Part shown: positions 59,595 to 64,000 of the stretch, in pieces
Layout: every line of letters begins with the position of its first letter
Position numbering within the stretch: position 1 is the first letter of the stretch
From: Sedimentisphaerales bacterium
GTDB lineage: Bacteria > Planctomycetota > Phycisphaerae > Sedimentisphaerales > Anaerobacaceae
Reading direction: 5' to 3'
NCBI GenBank assembly: GCA_963708075.1
Contig: OY970194.1
Location: 3,776,001 to 3,840,000 of the forward strand
Length of the DNA: 64,000 bases
Position numbers and translations under genes: made by a program
Notes under the pieces: model-generated
What the model was told of the DNA's origin: nothing
The model's database searches: none
Seen by the model: only the letters and a program-made list of their open reading frames with translations

Positions 59595-62500
59595 ATGATG
59601 AGTAGAATCCGAATCACCGCTTGCTCTGCCGCGATGGCCTTGCTGCTGCTCGGCATGCCACTTATTTGTCACGCGGCCAAGCCGGCATCCGAACTGGAGA
59701 AGAGCTTTGTCCGTCCGCCGGAGTCCGCCCGGCCGTGGGTGTACTGGTTCTGGCTCAACGGCAATATCACCCGTGAGGGCATCACCGCCGACCTGGAGGC
59801 GATGAAACGCGTCGGCATCGGCGGTGTGCTGATCATGGAGGTCGATCAAGGCGCCCCGCTGGGACCGGTCGCCTTCATGAGCGCGCAGTGGCGGGAGCTG
59901 TTCAAGCACGTGGCGACCGAGGCCCGGCGGCTCGGGCTGGAGGTGAACATGAACGACGACGCCGGGTGGAACGGCAGCGGCGGGCCCTGGATCAAGCCCG
60001 AGCAGTCCATGCAGAAAGTCGTCTGGAGCGAAACGAACCTTGAAGGCTCCAAACGATTCGAGGGAACGCTCCCAAAGCCGCAGGCGATCGCAGGGTACTA
60101 TCGTGACATTACTGTGCTGGTCTTTCCGACTCCCGGAGACTTCCGGATCGACAACATCCAGGGCAAGGCGGCTTACGAACGACGACACGTCGCCGCGGCG
60201 GCTGAAACGAAGCTGCCGACGGAAATGGTGATCGATCGCGCCCGGATCATGGATATCAGCGCATCCATGGACAAAGAGGGTCGTCTCGCGTGGGATGTCC
60301 CGGCCGGAAAGTGGACGGTGCTGCGCATCGGCCACACATCAACCGGCGTGACGAATGCCCCATCGCCGGAGAGCGGGCGGGGTCTGGAATGCGACAAACT
60401 GAGTAAGGAAGGCATCGAAGCCCAGTTTGCCGGCATGATGGGTCCGCTCATCACCGATGTCGGCAGTGCCGCGGGCAAAAGCCTTGTCGCGACACACATC
60501 GACAGTTGGGAGAACGGCTCGCAGAACTGGACGTCGCGAATGCGAGAAGAATTTCAGAAGCGCCGAGGCTACAATCCCCTTCCGTTTCTCCCTGCACTCT
60601 CGGGCCGGGTCGTGGAGAGCCTGGAAGTCTCGGAGCGATTCCTATGGGACCTGCGGCAGACGGTCTCGGACCTCGTGGTCGAGAACTACGCCGGTCACAT
60701 GGCCAAACTCGCCCAAAAGCGAGGGCTGCATCTTTCCATCGAGGCGTACGGCGGCCCGTGCGACGATATGACCTACGCCGGCCGGGCCGATGAGCCCATG
60801 TGCGAATTCTGGATTGGCGGCGGGGCATTCGAAACCTGCAAGGAAATGGCCTCCGCGGCGCACACGTATGGCAAACAGATTCTCGGGGCCGAAGCGTTCA
60901 CGGCGGACCACCGGGAACGCTGGCAGCAGCACCCGGGCAGCATCAAGGCCCTCGGCGACCGGGCTTTCTGCGAGGGCGTCAACCGGTTCGTATTCCACCG
61001 CTACGCAATGCAGCCCTGGCTGAACTACAGGCCCGGGATGACGATGGGTCCCTGGGGCCTGCACTACGAGCGTACCACGACGTGGTGGGAGCAATCGAAG
61101 CCGTGGCACGAGTATCTCTCCCGCTGCCAGTACCTGCTGCGGCAGGGCCTGTTCGTGGCCGACATTTGCTACCTGCAGCCGGAGGGTTCGCCCCAGGGCT
61201 TCCAAGACCACAGGCGCAGCGGCTACGACTATGACAACTGCACGGCCGAAGTCGTACTCACGCGCATGTCGGTGCGAGACGGCCGTATCGTCCTTCCCGA
61301 CGGCATGAGCTACCGGCTGCTCGTGCTGCCGGAGGTAGCCACGATGACCCCACCGCTGCTGCGAAAGATCAAGGAGTTGGTCGAGGCCGGGGCAACGGTC
61401 ATCGGCCCGCGGCCAAGGAAGTCACCAAGCCTGTCCAACTATCCAAAGTGCGACGAGCAGGTGAAACTGCTTGCGGACGAGCTTTGGGGGGATTGCGATG
61501 GCAAGACCGTGAAAGAGTACACTTGTGGCAAAGGCAGGATCATCTGGGGCCTGACGCCCGAGGAAGTGCTCGCGAAAATGGGCGTGCAGCCGGACTTCAC
61601 GGCCGGTCCATTCATTCGCTGGATTCACCGCGGCGTGGACGACATGGAAATCTACTTCGTCGCCAGCGCCAGCCAACAACCAATAGACACGCTCTGCTCT
61701 TTCCGCGTGGCGGGCAAACGGCCCGAATTCTGGCAGCCCGAGACGGGACAAGTCGAACAAGTGGCCGCCTACGAACAGACCGACGGCGTCACGCAGATCC
61801 CGATCCGCTTTGAGCCGGGCGGTTCCGTCTTTGTGGTGTTCCGCGAGCGAGCGAAATCGGTCGATCCCGTTGTGACCGTGATGCGCGACGGCCGGCAGAT
61901 TCTGCCGGCCCCTGAACGCCTGTCAAAGGTGGTTATCGAGAAAGCCGTTTATGGCGTTCTGAACGATCCGAAGCGTACGCGCGATGTGCGGGCCAAGCTC
62001 CAAGCCCTCGTGGATAACGGCGAACTGAGCTTCCGGGTTGCGAGAATGGCGGAGGGTGACGATCCGGCGTATATGGTTGTGAAGACGCTGATCGTCGATT
62101 ACACCGTGGATGGCAAGCCCTTCAAAGCGACCGGCCAGGACCCGGAGGAGATCACCCTCGTCAGCTCCCCCGGCTCCGAGTACGTAGCCGACGTTCATCG
62201 GGCTGCGAACGGCCGGGTGTCGCTCGACGCATGGCAACCCGGCCGCTATGAATTGAAGACCGCCTCCGGCCGAACTCTGCGAGGGGAGACTGCCGCCCTG
62301 CCCCAGCCGCTGGAAGTCACCGGCTCATGGCAAGTGCGTTTCCCGCCGGATGCGGGCGCACCGGAGCAAGTGACTCTCGAGAAGCTGGTCTCGTGGAGCG
62401 AACACAGCGACCCTGGCGTGAAGCATTTCTCCGGCATGGCGACGTACGCCAAGACGGTCAGCGTGCCACAGGCGATGCTTGGCAAGAACCGGCGCTTGTA

Positions 62501-62876
62501 TCTGGACTTGGGCAACGTCCAGGTGATGGCCCAGGTGAAGCTCAACGGCAAAGACCTCGGCATCCTGTGGAGATCGCCATATCGCGTAGACGTCACCGAC
62601 GCCGTGAAGGCCGGCCAGAACACACTCGAAGTGAAAGTCGTCAACCTGTGGATCAATCGAATGATCGGCGATGAGAGCCTGCCTGAGGACAGCTCGCGCA
62701 ATGACAACGGGACGCTCAAGGAATGGCCGCAGTGGGTGCAGGAAGGCAAGCCAAGCCCAACGGGCCGATACACCTTCACCAGTTGGCGACTGTGGAAAGC
62801 CGGCGATCGACTCCAGGAATCCGGCCTGATCGGACCCGTGACCCTGCGCACCGTCGAACGCGTGAATATCAAATGA
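59595..62876 (+). CDS. GH106 alpha-L-rhamnosidase-like protein
   Basis: Motifs PPESARPWVYWFWLNGNITREGITADLE, GWNGSGGPW, HIDSWE, AEAFT and SGLIGPV. Confidence 0.9.
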   Translation: MMSRIRITACSAAMALLLLGMPLICHAAKPASELEKSFVRPPESARPWVYWFWLNGNITREGITADLEAMKRVGIGGVLIMEVDQGAPLGPVAFMSAQWRELFKHVATEARRLGLEVNMNDDAGWNGSGGPWIKPEQSMQKVVWSETNLEGSKRFEGTLPKPQAIAGYYRDITVLVFPTPGDFRIDNIQGKAAYERRHVAAAAETKLPTEMVIDRARIMDISASMDKEGRLAWDVPAGKWTVLRIGHTSTGVTNAPSPESGRGLECDKLSKEGIEAQFAGMMGPLITDVGSAAGKSLVATHIDSWENGSQNWTSRMREEFQKRRGYNPLPFLPALSGRVVESLEVSERFLWDLRQTVSDLVVENYAGHMAKLAQKRGLHLSIEAYGGPCDDMTYAGRADEPMCEFWIGGGAFETCKEMASAAHTYGKQILGAEAFTADHRERWQQHPGSIKALGDRAFCEGVNRFVFHRYAMQPWLNYRPGMTMGPWGLHYERTTTWWEQSKPWHEYLSRCQYLLRQGLFVADICYLQPEGSPQGFQDHRRSGYDYDNCTAEVVLTRMSVRDGRIVLPDGMSYRLLVLPEVATMTPPLLRKIKELVEAGATVIGPRPRKSPSLSNYPKCDEQVKLLADELWGDCDGKTVKEYTCGKGRIIWGLTPEEVLAKMGVQPDFTAGPFIRWIHRGVDDMEIYFVASASQQPIDTLCSFRVAGKRPEFWQPETGQVEQVAAYEQTDGVTQIPIRFEPGGSVFVVFRERAKSVDPVVTVMRDGRQILPAPERLSKVVIEKAVYGVLNDPKRTRDVRAKLQALVDNGELSFRVARMAEGDDPAYMVVKTLIVDYTVDGKPFKATGQDPEEITLVSSPGSEYVADVHRAANGRVSLDAWQPGRYELKTASGRTLRGETAALPQPLEVTGSWQVRFPPDAGAPEQVTLEKLVSWSEHSDPGVKHFSGMATYAKTVSVPQAMLGKNRRLYLDLGNVQVMAQVKLNGKDLGILWRSPYRVDVTDAVKAGQNTLEVKVVNLWINRMIGDESLPEDSSRNDNGTLKEWPQWVQEGKPSPTGRYTFTSWRLWKAGDRLQESGLIGPVTLRTVERVNIK

Positions 62877-62899
62877 GGCTGTAGCCTGATTGATTCAGG

Positions 62900-64000
62900 T
62901 CAATCCGTGTTTCGTGCCCAGAGTGCGTCGTCCCAGTCCTTCCAGACGGGATCGAAGCCCCGTGCCTTGATCACGGCGGTGACTTCCGCCGGGCTGCGGT
63001 GGTCGTTGACCTCGAACTGCCCTGTGTTCGCTTGCGGGTCGGTGTAACCTCCCGGACTGGTCCGGCTGCCGGCGCTCAGCCGCGTTACGCCGAGCCCCAT
63101 GAGATGGTCCCTCAGTTCCGCGGGCTCCCTTGTGGAAAGTACAAGGCCGGCGTCGGCAAAGCACAGCCGCAACGCAAGCATCATCTGCACGAGATTCGTA
63201 TCCGTGAGCATGTGCGGGAACTCGGCGGATGGGACGCCGCACGCGGGCCTCATTCGCGGAAACGAGAACGAGATGTGCGATTGCCAGTAGCGCCGCATGA
63301 GGTACGAGGCATGCTCGGCCAGCGCCAGCGTCTCGACCCGCCAGTCGGCCAGGCCCAGGAGCGCGCCAAGTCCGATCTCGCGCATGCCCGCGAGCGCCAT
63401 ATCGTCCGGCCCGCGAAGCCTTGTTTCATAATCCGCTTTCGGCCCGCCGAGGTGATAGCGGGCGTAAGCCTCGCGATCGTACGTCTCCTGGTATAAGGTG
63501 ACGCCATCGATGCCCGCGTCAAAAAGTTGCTCGTATTCCCGGGCCGACATCTGATAGATCTCGACACTGAGGAAGCTGAACCGGGGTCTGAGCCGCCTTG
63601 CCAGCTCGGCCAAATAGGCGACAGTGATGAAAGCCCGGTCTTCACTGCTGACCAGCAGGATGTCCCTGAAGCCCTCGGAGGCCAGGATGTCCGCTTCGGA
63701 CGCCGCCTGATCGACGGTCAAACGCACCCTTGCGAACCTGTTGTCCCTGTTGAAGCCGCAGTACCGGCAGCGATTGACACAATGGCTCGACAGGTACACC
63801 GGGGCGTAGAGTCTGATGGTCCGCCCGAAGCGTTGCATGGTCAACCGCTGCGAGAGCGTCGCCATCTGTTCGAGATAGCTCTCGGCCGCCGGCGAAACCA
63901 GGGCAAGCAATTTCGTCAGGCTGTAAGTGCCGGAACGGGAGGCCAGCGCGGTCTCCACATCCCGCGAGTTCACCTGTCGCAGCCGTTGCTCCCAGAGGCC
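62900..64000 (-). CDS. thiH: 2-iminoacetate synthase ThiH (radical SAM), 5' end beyond the window
   Basis: Motifs YAPVYLSSHCVNRCRYCGF, YQETY, SFPRMRP, LSTRE, SAGSRTSPGGY and GQFEVNDHRS. The frame is open to the window edge. Confidence 0.92.
   Translation of the reverse strand, partial: GLWEQRLRQVNSRDVETALASRSGTYSLTKLLALVSPAAESYLEQMATLSQRLTMQRFGRTIRLYAPVYLSSHCVNRCRYCGFNRDNRFARVRLTVDQAASEADILASEGFRDILLVSSEDRAFITVAYLAELARRLRPRFSFLSVEIYQMSAREYEQLFDAGIDGVTLYQETYDREAYARYHLGGPKADYETRLRGPDDMALAGMREIGLGALLGLADWRVETLALAEHASYLMRRYWQSHISFSFPRMRPACGVPSAEFPHMLTDTNLVQMMLALRLCFADAGLVLSTREPAELRDHLMGLGVTRLSAGSRTSPGGYTDPQANTGQFEVNDHRSPAEVTAVIKARGFDPVWKDWDDALWARNTD

Noticed and set aside
1..64000. tRNA, rRNA, prophage, integron or anti-phage defence genes
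   Set aside because: None was recognisable by eye; tRNAscan-SE, Rfam and DefenseFinder runs would be needed to exclude them formally.

Overview
GC-rich bacterial chromosomal window. The gene content suggests an anaerobic Planctomycetota genome of the Phycisphaerae/Sedimentisphaerales type; this is inferred from a DUF1559-like prepilin protein, a DUF1080 protein, and CotH/lamin-tail and discoidin/LamG secreted proteins. Most of the window is glycan-scavenging genes: two GH38-like hydrolases, GH36, GH106, GH140/DUF4038, an alginate-lyase-like protein, SSS/MFS/EamA transporters, two Gfo/Idh/MocA oxidoreductases, deacetylases and an AraC regulator. It also carries rnr and a partial thiH. The notable items are: (1) a KaiA-less kaiC-kaiB-kaiB locus linked to a multi-PAS hybrid histidine kinase and a convergent receiver-only regulator; (2) an operon joining a DegT-type aminotransferase, a TIM-barrel isomerase, a deacetylase and a non-pyrrolysine MttB methyltransferase; (3) an intact 1534-bp ISKra4-like element with 23-bp TIRs, an 8-bp target duplication and a T5C5 frameshift site; (4) an irregularly spaced 8-copy array of a 15-bp motif upstream of rnr; (5) a candidate ~119-nt structured RNA and a small Cys4 protein next to the IS; (6) several families of palindromic REP-like and inverted 7-mer repeats, some translated inside genes. 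Up to nine genes show single-base frameshifts, mostly at short homopolymers, which most likely reflects long-read assembly error. All family assignments come from reading motifs by eye; no database searches were run.
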